Shown: positions 1 through 14,282 of the stretch, in pieces
Layout: the number at the start of each line of letters is the position of its first letter
How positions within the stretch are numbered: position 1 is the stretch's first letter
From: Trichoplax sp. H2
Lineage: Eukaryota
Assembly: GCA_003344405.1 (NCBI GenBank)
Contig: NOWV01000014.1
Span: forward strand, 744,001 to 808,000
Length of the DNA: 64,000 nucleotides
Direction: 5' to 3'
Program-made: the position numbers and the translations under genes
The notes under the pieces: model-generated
Told to the model about the DNA's origin: nothing
What the model saw: the letters and a program-made list of their open reading frames with translations, nothing else
The model's database searches: none

Positions 1-3000
1 GTAGATCATCTAAAGGGCATGCTCTACGTCGCATATTAACATTTCAGAATTCTCTTCATTAATTAAAAGGGCCCTAACTAAATTTTATATTGATGATCTC
101 ATCTTTTTATTTTTTGCATAAGTTCTGCAATTATTTGACCTCCGTTCATGCGCCAACTTCTAGGAAATAGTTACAATAAACCATTTTTATGGATATTATG
201 AAACCATTAATTACGGTATCTTGCACTTTCGCAGTAATAGCAGTACTTTACTATGCAGCGTTAACGAGTCCAAGTTAGCAATGATCTCATTTTTACGTAG
301 TTAGAACTATAAGAACCATGTCTTGATATAATTCTACCGTTAAAAATGGATAATAATATCTTTGTTGATAATATACTAGGTACCTTCAGGACTTGTACAT
401 ATGATAATATTCATATATATCTTTTAGGTAGTACAATAACAGATTGTTTGTAGCAATATATTTAACAAAACAATCTTAGCAGAAATATCTTGGTATTGAG
501 ATTGTTATGCGTCGTTGTTTTGTTCTGAAGAATATACTTTTAAAATATATTGCTTTTTAAACAATAATGCTGTTGATGTAAACAGATGATAATACTGTAA
601 TCGATCCATATTATACTAATATATTATGCTTATTTATAGTTGCGGTCTACTCGGTATGCAAATAATACGAGAAAAACATATTATCATCATTCACCTCAAT
701 ACATATGTTACCACATATGGTACTATGAAACGATAATAAAGAAGAGGTATAAAATTTAGAGTACTCTAATGAACAATAAATTTTTGATAGTAAGAGATTA
801 GTGAAGCAGTAAACAGCTGGCTTTTACCAATTTAGCAATAGTAATACAATGTATATTCTCAATCAACTCGAAGACGATGAAAAACGTAAAGAAGTGCTGA
901 AGATGACTTTGCATAAATGATGTATTAGGAGTAATTAATTTTGTAAGATGTAACGTGCATCTTGCTTTATATAAGCTATAACTTCATTGATTTTTAAATC
1001 TTTATCGATCTATTTTGACGGTTAGCGATTTAGACAATATGTAGATTAGCTATTCAACCTATCTAAAGGGACCCTTGTTTTTATGCATGTTAGAAATTAA
1101 TTTAAGAATAGTAAGTGCGTGTTATACATTGTCATAGATATCATTTTCTTAATAATTATATAAAGAATACTAAACTGATTAAAGATGCTTATGTTTCTTG
1201 AATAATTAAGAAATTCTGATTTGATCCTAAATTGAACTGGCATTAGTTAAAGCAATCCTTCAAGTTATATTATAGTATCATGCGTGATATTAATCATATT
1301 AAATTGCGATTAATATCATGTATAGCACACATGCATATTGATTATACTGCAACTTTCAATGATGGCTATTTTATAACAAGTGGTAACGATGTCTTATATC
1401 GAGAATTAACGCTATAGTATTTTAAAAGAATCGCCATTGGTTCTACTTTTTGTATAATTTCAATAGTATAAAACTTCATGGCAGTTAAAGGTACAACTCG
1501 TATTAGATATTCCAGTAGTCAGCTCGAACGGAAGCGATTGTAACAATAAATGAATTTTTAATACTACAATTGTTTTTGACCACGTTGAATTGAAAATACG
1601 TTACAAAATATTAACATGTTTCTAATGTATACGCCACAACTGGTAAATTTTCTGCAAATGATTAGGTTCCTATCAATCGTGCTCTTCTCTGGTACTGAGT
1701 AACATATTAGTCACCGTTCTTTTAATTGCAGTAGTTTTGGAATCGGAATTTTAACTATCGATAGTAATACAATTGGCAGTTTTAGAATTTGAACTCCTGA
1801 TTTAGCTTTATCCGTCTTCTAGCCTTATTCTCGTAAGTTATATCGATCAAAGTAATAACAAATCAAGAGCTAATGTTATTTATTTATTAATTAGAATCCG
1901 TATTGCATAAATACTGTCCAGCATTACTGATTTTTCCACGTCTGTTAATAAATAATATGAATGAGAATATTAAAATTTAATTCCATCAATACGGAAGCAA
2001 AGTAGAGTGTAGAAATATTTTTATTTTCCGGATGAAACGAAGATTAAATTTTATTTTAGTCTATGAAAAATAACTTAGCCAGTTAGCTCCTTTAATTATC
2101 AACGAAATGCTACAGATTCTTATAACTTTTATCATAAATAACATTATTAGCACAGCTGTAAATGTAATAGGAGTCACTTGGCTTTTACGAAAGCTCTTGC
2201 TTTATATCAATATTGGATATATTTAGCTATCAGAATTATTTTATCACACAGTACTAAATAATATAAGCCATTAAGCTATATAATTTCTATTGATTGCAAT
2301 CAATATTCATACACACCCTCCTTCTCTGTATACTCGTACTTGTGAGGATTGCAACCCACTTTAAATAGCAACTGCAGAAGGAAAAAGTTACTTCAGGATT
2401 GACATAATATGTAATATATAAACTCAATTGAATATGAATAAGGATGATGACGGATGTCCATCCTATCTTTCATTTACTTTCTATTTGATTTACAGCTCGT
2501 ATTTAGCATTCTACAGCAGTGGTTGAAAACATCCGCTTGCATTGATTAGCAAAGAAATATTAACCAAACAATATTTTCAAAGCATAGCATTCACGAAATA
2601 TCATAAGATTATAAGCAGAAGCACGAGAAATGATATTGTAATTAGTGATAACTTTCATTTGCATATCGTAGCAGTGAACTATTTCCATTCTTTTTATCTT
2701 ATCATGGAGGCTATATAATAAATCTATTTCTCATCCTCATTTGTTTGAGTAAGCAAAGTATTCATTTTTTAAGAGTCTTGAATATATTTGCTACTCTATA
2801 ATACGAGCGTATATATCATATCAAAGATATGATGTTACGACAGCAGAGATATACGAATAGCTATGTTTGTAAGTTACTCTTAAGTTAGAAAGCCCATTTT
2901 AGAAAGCGTAATTCTATGAGAAGAGAAATCTTAATGAATAAACTATTTTAGGATGGTTTATATCGACAGCTAGCTCCTTGTTTTGATTACTTTACCATAG

Positions 3001-4494
3001 TATTTATGTATGTACAGTACGATAAACATTGAGATATTTGATTGCCAATCACAGAATTTTTAATTACATGAGATGCCTAAGATTTGTCAGCTATGGGAAT
3101 AAAATTAGTTTTTCTAGATCAGTGGATAAACTAAATCGACTTAGTGCCGAGAGATTCTATTTATCTTGAACTTTTTATTAATATTTAGAATAAATGTATA
3201 TTGCCTATTTACAGTTATGAAATTATAATTGTTTGAAATATCCAAGATTTGCAATCTGTTTGAATGGAATCATCCTTTTTTGGTCAGTAGATAGAATTAA
3301 TTGATACTGTATCGAAAGCTGAAATTTGTTTTGATCTTTATTCCTTGGTACTTTTAGTAAATAATGTACTGTCTGATCGTAATTGTAGAATTTTTAATTG
3401 CACGAGATACAGATCCAAGATTTGTCATTCATTTACAAATTAACCTTTTCTTGGTCAATTTATTGGAGAAATCGACTTTATGCTATTTTTGAAATATTGC
3501 AATTGCCCATAAGCGTTTCTCAATTTTATAATTTTCAATTTATCAAACATTCAATTTATATACGTATATTTGAGGAGAGAAATGAGGTTTTAATCTCACC
3601 TGTGAATAATTTTACAAGGATAATATGCTTGTCATTAGCTGACACAGTTATATTTTTCAACCGTTTAAAAGAGGAACATTTAAAGCTATGTGTGAAATTT
3701 CATAAAACCGGAACTAAATGTAATATAATGATGATATACTGCAGCTATTGGAGGCGTTCGACAATTTATTTCAATTCTAGATCAGAGATCCACAGTGACT
3801 GATTAACTGTATTTCGATATTTTCTGCTATGTTCTTATTAGTCTAGACTCAGATTGCATAATTTGATGTTGAATTTCTTACTTAGAAATCTAGTATTGCT
3901 AGAATAGTTATTTCATAGCTCAGTATAGGAGCTCCCAGTCATAAAAGTTACTCTATACATATACCAACCGTAGCAAGTAAAATATACAAATTTATAAAGT
4001 TGATGGTCATGAAATTAATTCTTTTACTGATAGTCCAATTAATTAGTTTTATAAATTTTAATATGAAACTGTCGATCTTAAGCGAATATTAAATTATATT
4101 TATGAAATATATAGCTGTTATAGTGATTATATTATTTAAGCATTTAGCAATAGTAAAGTGGCGTATAGATTTGTGCGCCTTTCAAATGAAGTTCCTCAAC
4201 ATAATAGCGGAATGAAAATAATTAATATTTGCAAAAGAATTTTCAGTCGGAATAAGAGTATGTTGGATATAATTTCTTATAAGCATCCATACCTCAAATA
4301 GTCCAAGTAATGATTTACAATATTACTAAAGAACGGCAGTGACTATGTAATCGATCAAAAAAAGTCCTTTCTTTTGATCACTGATTATCATTATATATTA
4401 TTTGTAAGATGTAAAAAATATTATATAAAAAAATAAATTACTCTCTCTGAGATTTATAAAAACTATATAGATAATCTATTTCTATGACGTTAAT

Positions 4495-5589
4495 TCATAG
4501 ATTTAATGTTTTCGTACGTTGATGATGATAAGGGTTCTGGATGTCATTAGCAAATATAGGAGATATTTTGTTACCAAATCTTTTAGATGAACAGCAATGT
4601 CCAAAGACAGAACATAGAGGATCTTTAAATTTTTTCATATGTGTAATGTAAATGATAGGATGATAAATTGCGACTGCTAACATGAATAAACATAAAAAGG
4701 CAAACATAATGGAGATGGCCAAAATAGACATTCTTTCATTGAAGAGAATAATACTGACCAAAATAAAAAAACACATTGTATCGCTTAAAACTTGCAAGGA
4801 GAAAGTAATTTGAAACATATGTACAATGGATTTATTTTTTCCAATTCTGAATTGTTCGACTCGCGAAAGTCGCTGCTGTCGAAGTCGAAGTCGTAATTGT
4901 TGCATTTTCATTGGCGTTAATGATCGATTTTTTAATTTGTGTAGAATACGTGGATAGCAATGTAGTATAGTTACCAGTTGTAGTATATATATTAATGCCG
5001 CTGTTGATATTACTAATAGCTTGACGGTAAATCTAGTTGCAATTAGACCACATAAACTTTCTATTGGAGGAAATGGACCACTTGTGATAGTTCTTGGCCA
5101 AATCATTAGGACACTCACTAGCCAAATTGCTATAATAATTAGTAATACGTGAATTCGTTTTAATTTTTCAACCGCTGAAGTTGCAATAGCTTTATAACGC
5201 TCGTAGGTAATTAAGACTACAGATAAATTAGATATCATAAAAGCAGTCACTAACGTAGGTACAACTAATTTGCAAATAAAGATTTGAAAAAATCTTTGAT
5301 GGAAAATATTAGTTAAATTTAACGTTGCTCCATATCTTCCCCATGTTAAAAAAGTAAATGATATTGTCAAGAAGACGTTCGCCACTGCCAAATTTCCTAT
5401 GCATATATAAGCCGGTGAACGCATATCTTTGTGGGAAATGATGATCATAATTAGATATAAGTTACTGAATAAACCGATGATTTCCAATGGTAGATAGAAA
5501 ATAGCAACTAATTGGTAGAGAAACTGTGAGCTATTATGTATTATATTTATATTATCATAAGAATCATTCCATGATGTTAAATTTTCCAT
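4495..5589 (-). CDS. Intronless class A (rhodopsin-like) GPCR, divergent orphan
   Basis: 364-aa ORF with seven hydrophobic segments. It has an N-terminal N-glycosylation site (NLTS), TM2 'NLAVA', a TM3 Cys and ERY motif (ITYERY), a TM4 Trp, TM7 'HPIIY' (NPxxY variant) and a C-terminal CC. Confidence 0.9.
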   Translation of the reverse strand: MENLTSWNDSYDNINIIHNSSQFLYQLVAIFYLPLEIIGLFSNLYLIMIIISHKDMRSPAYICIGNLAVANVFLTISFTFLTWGRYGATLNLTNIFHQRFFQIFICKLVVPTLVTAFMISNLSVVLITYERYKAIATSAVEKLKRIHVLLIIIAIWLVSVLMIWPRTITSGPFPPIESLCGLIATRFTVKLLVISTAALIYILQLVTILHCYPRILHKLKNRSLTPMKMQQLRLRLRQQRLSRVEQFRIGKNKSIVHMFQITFSLQVLSDTMCFFILVSIILFNERMSILAISIMFAFLCLFMLAVAIYHPIIYITHMKKFKDPLCSVFGHCCSSKRFGNKISPIFANDIQNPYHHQRTKTLNL

Positions 5590-8500
5590 CTCAAGCCAAT
5601 TTTTTGAATTTCTTTAAAAAATGTAACCTTATGAACTGGTATATATATCAGGTGTTATAGGCATGCTCTTGCGGCAGTGATTCTATAAATCATCAATTCT
5701 TAATTTTAGTTTATTCAATTTAAAGCTATAATTAATGAATTAATTATAATGGTTTATACCTATCAGGAGCTCATTACATTAATGAATTCTATTATTGAGA
5801 TAATTATATATTTCCATGACGCGATAGATGACGATTATAGTTTGGTTAGTATTAAGATTGAGAGCTAACGTGTGTACAAAGATAAAACTACATGCTGTCA
5901 TATTAAAAAGTCTGCAATAGTTAGTGTTATACACTTTTAAGGTATTATTGTCATGTATTTAGATAAATAAATATGTAATCGACAATTAGTTTCTTTCATA
6001 ACATACAGAAGAGCAAAATTACACTTCATTCTTACATTAATAATATCCCTTGTTACTTAGGATTGTCGTAGGCTGTTTAACTATTTTGATAATAAATTAT
6101 CAAAATTCGAAAACAAAGCGATTTTAGTTTCTATAATAGGTTAATTATAAGTAAAATAATGTTATAAAGATTACAATCTCACAATAAATGGTATTACATG
6201 CATACATGAATTTATTTATGTCGTTTGTGATAGTGGTTACTATTAAGAATCAAGATTTAAGTTTTAAAATTTTACATTACCTTTATCATGCTAATAGCTA
6301 CAAAATTTATTAATATATAGGTTGTCTTTTCGTTGCAAGTTTCCGTTCATTACTGATGTTGCACCTCAGACTAATATCATTCAATTTATTGTAAAATAAC
6401 CTACTTTAAGTGGAAACATATCTGCAAGTTTTAAATCTATAGTCGCTAGTAAATGAATTTTCAGCCTATCTTATATCGAAAGTTAGTCTCTTTTACATAA
6501 GTTAGAGAAATCAAAATAGTTTACAGTAGAGCTTAATTAGAAGATCTATAATAATGGTAAAGCCGTCACTTAGTCGATTCCTTGCAATCATAAAAATTTA
6601 TATTTATTATGGTAGCAGGTAGCCTACGTCTTGATGATATTTCATGAGCCACCGTTCCTCTCTGGTATTCGCTACTATAACTTAATTCTATGGTACATAG
6701 TCAAATTTATAATTTATAGTCGATTTCTAATTTTTTATGACGTATGAAGTTTGTATATCTTCTTTACAAGAAAATAGCTGATGAATAAAGACTTACAAAG
6801 AATAATTTGAGTGAAACAAATTAAAATAAGGTGAAGATTATAATACAATCGAATATAACTATTTTTTCCCTCGTTCAAATTACTCTCGGATTTACATTAT
6901 AGATATCTTTCATAGGAAATCTTTGTGTAATATCATGAACAACTAGGAAAGTGATCTTATGACTCCTTTTCAGCAGTTCACTTATAATCTCTCTTCTGGT
7001 AATCCATATCAAAATCATCCTGACCAAATCATTTTATAATGTGTCTCGTAATGACGCTAATGTCGTTATCAGTAGACTATTTTAAATTCATTTTTAATCG
7101 ACCAAGCTGCTTATTGATTAAATTTAAATATATACGTTAAGATTTAATTTTTGGGCTTACTTCCATTTACAGGAAGCGGTGAATTTCTTAATGAAATGCT
7201 AATGTGAGACATTACTGGAATTTTATAGTATTCAGAACTTTAATTGCTATAACGTTAAAATTTTATTGTAATAGTAATTATCTTCCTATAAATTAGCATT
7301 CTTTTTTGTAGTATCTTGGTTATTTCCAGGAAAATCTGAATCTAGCTTGATGAAAATAATATGTGTAACGAAAAGTTGTTTATTTAAAATCCCTAACTGA
7401 CTGTATTTATTCTTAATTTCCTGATTTATACAATTCTGCGATAGCACTGATAAGTTCATTTCATCTAATTGAGAAAACTTCCTCTTTTCAGATTATGTCA
7501 ATATAAATAAGCTTTAATGCTTTAGATGTAAATATCTTAGCAGTTATCAATCGACTATATCTATTAACAGGTACAAAGTAAAAATGTAGGTGTAACCATA
7601 TACGAGATTAAAATTGGATAGTGATATCAGTTAATGTTTATCTTTAGTATTCGAAACAATTAAGTTAAAAGTACTGAATATATGCCAGAATTTATATAAC
7701 TTTGGTAGGCCTATTTATAGTGAATTGTTGCAGTTACTATAGCTATTCCTAAGCTTACATTCTAATAGCGCAATAGCAGTTACGAGGGATAGACTATATT
7801 GAGCAGTTTTCATCGAAATATAATAGTCTAATTTGAAATATCCAATCTAATAAAATCCGATTTGGATACTGAGATGGTTGCGTCGTAAATTATTAAAAAT
7901 GTACTAGCGATTAAAAGGGATACAATTACATTTCTATGATGCATAATGCTGTTACTGAAATAAAATTTTCCATAGTTTGGTAGTATCTGTTCTGTAGGCA
8001 AGTATGCCAGTCATTGATTATTTACTAAGTTTAATACTTTACTAATCTTATAAGTAAGATTTCCATATCAGGTACAAATGTTCATTACATTTATGAATTG
8101 ATTTTGAACAAATAAAAGCTAAAAATGGAGGAAAGAAATTTCATAGTTCAAGATGATCCAGTCATTACTATAGGTAAGGGTTCAGTCTACAGTGAGTGGC
8201 ATTACTGAATTTGAGCTGATCTTGATAATTACTAATTAGTGTATGATATAAATTATGAACGAGAAACGCCTTACGTCGCAAATGATGTTTATTTTATTTA
8301 CAACAGTTACGTTTACTTACAGCTAATACGAATTTTTTTAAATATTGAATTACTTATTTTGACAATTATTTAAATAACTATAGTAATATTTACTGTGGCT
8401 TGTTGCACTCACCACCTGAGCAAATATAGTATAAGTGAGATTTCGATAATAGATAAAGAAAAGCAGACAGATATAAGTTAATTTTCACCCATGGGAGCTT

Positions 8501-9602
8501 TTAGTGATGATAATTCAATTTGCACAAAAACTCAAAATTTCGTTACATTTACATCATTTGTTAATATCTAATTGAAATAGCTTGTAAGTGTATAGTCTAC
8601 GATGTAGAGTATGCTGAACTATTCTATTGCTGCTATTATCTTAAATTAATAGCATTAACGAGCTCAGAATGACTGGTACTAATGCAAGTCATATACAAGT
8701 CGTAAGATGGAAAATGATTAACGTAACATTTTAAATCTGTTATCGATATGAGGATCGAAATTGCATTGCAATATAATTCAATTCTTTTCCTATGTAAAAG
8801 TATATCAAGTCAGTTAGTAGTAGGCCGTCTCCTTCATAGAAGATATCAGATGCATAACTAAAACTGACTTATAATTTTTAAACATACATCTTGTTTTAGC
8901 AGTGGATTGGTCAGCAACTGTAAAGACAAACTGGATAACATTAATTGGTGGGATGAATTAATCGTAACAGCTGCCTTGGTTCTTCTGACTGAAAACAAGC
9001 TTGTTAACGCTCAATGATTTACAACGCAATTAATGATAATGAGCAAGTTATGCGCAGAAGATGGTATTAAACAAATAAATTACTTCAAAAACATACTAGT
9101 TATCTAATAATCGTGACTTCAATGTTACTGGGTAGTAAAAATAGCATGCTCTCCAATAGTATTAACACAAGTGTATAATTACTGTATAACAAGTTATTAA
9201 TTAGAACTTTATTGAAATCTGCTGGTTCTATAATAATATCTAGATATAATAATATCACCGAATAGGAAAAATGGTAAAATCTCAAGTATTAGTACAAATG
9301 TATATTTACTGTACTGTATATCAGGTTATTGATTAATACTTTACTGTTACCGTCTATTTATCGAATGTTTTGCAATAACAATTTAAAACATTTACTTTAG
9401 AGCAGACTTGTTGGCTGCATACAATAATTATGTATGCAAGAATAATAACAATTTACTTAATAAATATCAGAGTCTGTAACATCTTGAAAAATTAATTACG
9501 TTGCAATAGATGTTCCGATATATGCAGGATATGATTATCAAGTTCATAACTGCAGAAAGGAATGCATTTAGTTGCATAAATATGTACTTTTAACGTCAAT
9601 TT

Positions 9603-11227
9603 CTATCGGCTTCTTTGAAAGCGTGCTAATCTTGCTTCTCTAACTTTATCAACATCATTAGAATTGGGCATCTGACTGGGCTGTGGATAAGTACGATGGA
9701 TATCATCCTGAACTAGAAGAGGAGGAGCAGTAGCAATCGGCCTAAGAAATTTTAAATTAAGAATTTGAAGTCCGTATCAGGCGTAAGATCTTGTCCTCGC
9801 TAGATAGATATTTTTACAAGCAGCGATATTTCACCTATTATGATGGCTTTCTTGTAAGCTAGCTTGTATTGCCTGTTGGAATTCAGGATCATCGTCATCG
9901 TTAATAGGTTCGTACTGTGGTCGTCGACTGCCTGGATAGGATGGACCGCTGACGTTATTGACGTTATCTGCATGGCTTGGAGTTTGCATTCTATAACCAG
10001 TCACTCCTATTTACGAGTATGAAGCCATTAATTATATAATGTATATACACTAGTATTAGTAATTTACGTGTACAGTATTTGACAAGAGGATTATATATTA
10101 TCAAAAGAAATTTGTTTCCTACCTGACGACTGAAATCTTTGACGATGTCTTCGATTACTAGAGCCTCTGCTACCTGTAACTTTATAGATGATGATAGAGA
10201 TTTTAATACTGTACATCATGCATACTTTTACTTTATTGGTTAATGCAGTTCTCTTGAGTTACTTGAAAGAGCACATAATAATCGGATTAGTAAAGCAAGT
10301 GGAATAATCTTTTACGATCAATCTTTAGTAATTGTTAATGTGTAGAAGAGATACTCAAAGTCTTTCTTACTTCGTAATCGCTAACTGTTCACTTAGTGAG
10401 AACTATGTCTAGTCTTACCAATGCTGAAGATAGAATCCAGGATAGATCCAATTGGTGTCTTTACATATGCTAATCCAACTAAGATACCAGCTAAGTGGCC
10501 TAGGAAAGAGCTGTTTGGTACTAAGACTTGGATAAGAACTAATTCAGCCCAACAGGCGTAGCGTGAGCTAATAGGAATCAAGTTCATTATATAATTGGTG
10601 CTAGGGGGTGAAACGTATGTCGCCACCACTTTAAGAGCAAATATAACTCCTAAATACAGTCAGAAGAAGAAACTTTATTATCGACAGTGTCTAGAAAAAT
10701 AAATAATGGCTTTAGATGGCGATTGAATTTTTCTCACAGAAAGAGTCTGATAGACATGTACTCTATGTAGAAAAATTACCTGAAAAACCAACAGCACAAT
10801 CGGTAAAGTAGTGTAGCTTGTCAGTATGATGTCCTATTGCGTAGCTTATTGCCACTAAGGTGACATTAGTTAATGCTGTAAAGCTGATAATCATAGATAG
10901 AAAGTGTAAGCTTCCATATTTCTTCTCTAAATGTATCCCTTTCCATAGAAATGAGACCATATTATAGTAAAGATGCATATCGCTAGCATGAAAGAAGGCT
11001 CCTAATATTAATCTTTGCCATTCGTTCATATACCAAACAGACTTGACACTAATGCAAACTTCACTTAAATGAGGTAATCGATAATCAGGTAATAGATTCA
11101 TAAACAGGATTGAATTGAGACCAATTGTAGCCAGTGTGATCGGTGGAATGCGATCTAAGCCTACATGAAATAGGTTAGCAAGGAGTAAAAGTAGACCAAA
11201 ATTGTTTCCGCGTCTCCTTAAGACCAT
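9603..11227 (-). CDS. RHBDD1: Rhomboid-related protein 4 (RHBDD1/RHBDL4), ER intramembrane serine protease; 5 coding exons
   Basis: Reconstructed exons: 11227-10780, 10649-10419, 10179(or 10173)-10123, 10006-9835, 9741-9603; all GT-AG and in phase. Motifs: WQR (WR motif), HxxxxHLYYNM, catalytic GFS|G spanning intron 1 (GFSGVIFALK) and GHLAG with the catalytic His. The tail has a UIM-like 'DDDPEFQQAIQASLQE' and a p97-binding-like 'REARLARF' before TAG at 9603-9605. Confidence 0.92.
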
Positions 11228-14200
11228 TTTGATCGGATCGGATGTTTGAAGCAAATATCTCGACAAGAGTAAGAGGCGATGATCCAAAAAGCTCGATATC
11301 GATGGCCACAGAATAAATTGAAAGATTTCAACGCGTGTCGCCAATATTGAAGAAAGCGAATGAAAGAAAAATTTCAATATTCAGCTAATAGATACTACAG
11401 GAATCATTTGCTGTCTATTCTATTTGAAAAGGACATTGAATATCCATTTCTCCTTCCTAACTGTTAATTCTACTGTCGAGTGTTGGCTTAAAACCTTTGT
11501 TGATATTGGTTGAAATCAGCGAACTCGTTATCGTATTGGGTTTCAGGATAGCACACTGATCTTTAGTATAGAGTGTTCAATCTTGGTAAGGTTACGATCG
11601 CCGAACACGGATTGCGCTGTGATCTTGCTAATACGTCTTGGGATGATAGCCAATCGTAATTGCATGCAGTAAAGCTTTAGAATAATAATAATAAATCAGT
11701 TAGAAGAAATAAGATGTCAGCATTAAGTTAGAAATAAGATTGGAGCGTAGAACATTTGTACACGTAGACCAGATGACGTCACCATAATTAATTTTAGAAT
11801 AGCATTCAATTGATAGTAAGACACTAGAGATCGGAGCGATGATTGAGTTGTCCTACTACCATATCAACGTCTTGTTTTCAAGGGATATTTTACTGCTTGT
11901 CGACATGGTTTGGGACTGACGTCGGATGGACAGACTTTCACTCTCGCTGAGGCCGAAAATGTCGAAAAATAGTAAAGCAGTATAGATCTTCCGAGACTAT
12001 TTTCGAAAGCAATCGTATTAATTTGAATAATATTTGTGATCTACTGCATGGTTGCTACTTCCAACCAGAGGTTAGCATCAGACGATGGAATACAATGTCA
12101 TATTACTTACTTCATTTAGAAAAAATCAGCCAATTCAGAATCGACTGTCTGCCTACTAAAGTATTCTCATAACAGAGTGTTTGGCACAATTTGTTGACGA
12201 AATGTGGCTAAATGTCTATCCAGTTCAGGTATTTTTCAACGAATGGTCTATGGTACAGTGCAGTATTACAGTAGACGATGCTGGTGGGACAGTAGTACCA
12301 ATCTTATCCATATAAAACTGTACCAATAAATTACAATCTAGAATCAAATCTGTCAGAACCAACTCCTACAGTACGTTAGAAATGTATTTCTCTGACTTTC
12401 GTTTCTGAGCCTATACTGCAAAGTATATTGCCTCTTGGTCAGATTTATCATATTCGCATTCATTTACCGTTTAAATAATATGAAATTGACTGCACTGAGT
12501 GCTCTACACTATTAAATCCATATAGCACAGTATACTACGAGCATAGTAAGGTAAAAAAGTACTACTGGTAGTCATGGACAACTAAATTACCGGTCTGTGC
12601 ATCGAGTAGACCATGTATTAGTACACTCAGTACGCCAAGTATAGCGATCTTAACGGGTGGGCAATTTTGTAAACAATAATAAATGTGTTTTCTTTGGCTT
12701 TTTGGTAAATTTACTATCATTGCCGTCGTCAGCCAGCTGAAGTAAATTTCGTCTTTTGAAAGTCAATTTTATTTGCCAAATAGTTATATGTTTATTATCC
12801 TCTACTGGTATCTAAGCAACTGTGAGCCACGCTAGTTACTATATTGTCGTTTTTTCACCGATATCACGATAAAGTCTCTCACTAGGATTTCAAATAAAAT
12901 AAGCACTAATTACAGAAATAGCAATCAGATCTCCAAGAGACCTTCAATTTTGCGAATAAAAAATAAAATTCGATTTTTTGTCAAACTCTGATTGGAAGTA
13001 CGTTAGCTTGTCACCATTGGCCAGCCAAGTAAATTTCACCGGCTGAGGAAAGGATTTTTGCCCGACAGTCATTTGGTGTATCTTGACTGTATTTCGTAGG
13101 ACAGTATTGTGTGATGTGTTATATTAACACGCTATCTAAGAGTCGATACGTCAAACATGAGAGACTATAAATCGCTTATTATAAACGATTTCCACTACCG
13201 TTTGCCATGGTTGTAACAGTACTATAATTTATATTCAAGTAGAAAGTTTATTTCTTAATGCGAATATTATGTCTGTTATCAATTTATTGGCAGGAGGTAC
13301 CATTTTGGTCATGTAGTATTTATATTCATATCTCAGTATTCTATTGTCGATAATGGTAAACAAGAATAAAATAATGATTTAGAGAAAAAATCTTGGACTT
13401 TCTTCTAGCCGCAACCTGAACTGATACATAGAAAGGAGATCCGGTCAATTGTATTACGTAAGATATGAAAAATGCATTTTAGAGCATTATATACTTAAAT
13501 GTTCCACAGTGCTGAAATCTCTCAAGTATTCAGAACTTTAACTTGGATTTAAATATCTTTGACAGCCTTTACAGCGGATCTTAATTTTTTAGACATCCAT
13601 ATAGAAGATGTTGATCCCAATACAGCATTAGGGTTGTGATGCATTTGTGAATCATGATTGATACGGAATTTGTAATGCCCGATTGTGTAATATTAGCGTG
13701 TACTTCCTTTTGTAATGTATTATCTTTTGAAGCAAGTATACAGCATACTCATATACTGCATAAAGCCAGATAGCTATCATATAAACATGCCCTACTTGTA
13801 ATTAAATGCCTGGATTAACGTAAACATAGCCAACGAATAAAAAATGTAGGGTATTGTAGATTTTGAGATTAATAAAGGAACTATAATTGACGTCATTCTA
13901 TCGGCGAGTTCATTTCCTGTAGTGATATATTAAAACGTAATTGAAACTGCATGCAAATATATTATGCTATAGAATAGGATATTATTTTGAAAGAAGGGAA
14001 AGCTGAAATTGTTGGCTTAGAGTAATTTTTAATCAATGCAGACGCGTTATTGATGCCTGCTTTTAGCGAATCATATCTGCTTCCATTGTTAGAATTGAAA
14101 TCATTCAATTTCCTACGGCCCTTTTTTGAATAAGTATTATCAAAATGTTTCAGAGAAATCGAAGTATAAAACAACATAAAGTACCGATTGACTACGATTT

Positions 14201-14282
14201 TGATTTAATTGTTCCATTTTACTGAAAAAGTTTTTTCTCTCATGTTTATGTATAATTATCCGTAATCAACATAGAATCAGTC

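Noticed and set aside
1281-1322. 11-bp inverted repeat (tgatattaatc / gattaatatca)
   Set aside because: Almost entirely AT and expected by chance in this base composition.
3398-3802. 134-aa ORF on the + strand
   Set aside because: TTG start, no recognisable domain, and composition typical of AT-rich non-coding DNA.
11228-11377. N-terminal extension of the RHBDD1 ORF given in the ORF track
   Set aside because: Starts at TTG; the family-like sequence begins at the ATG at 11227.
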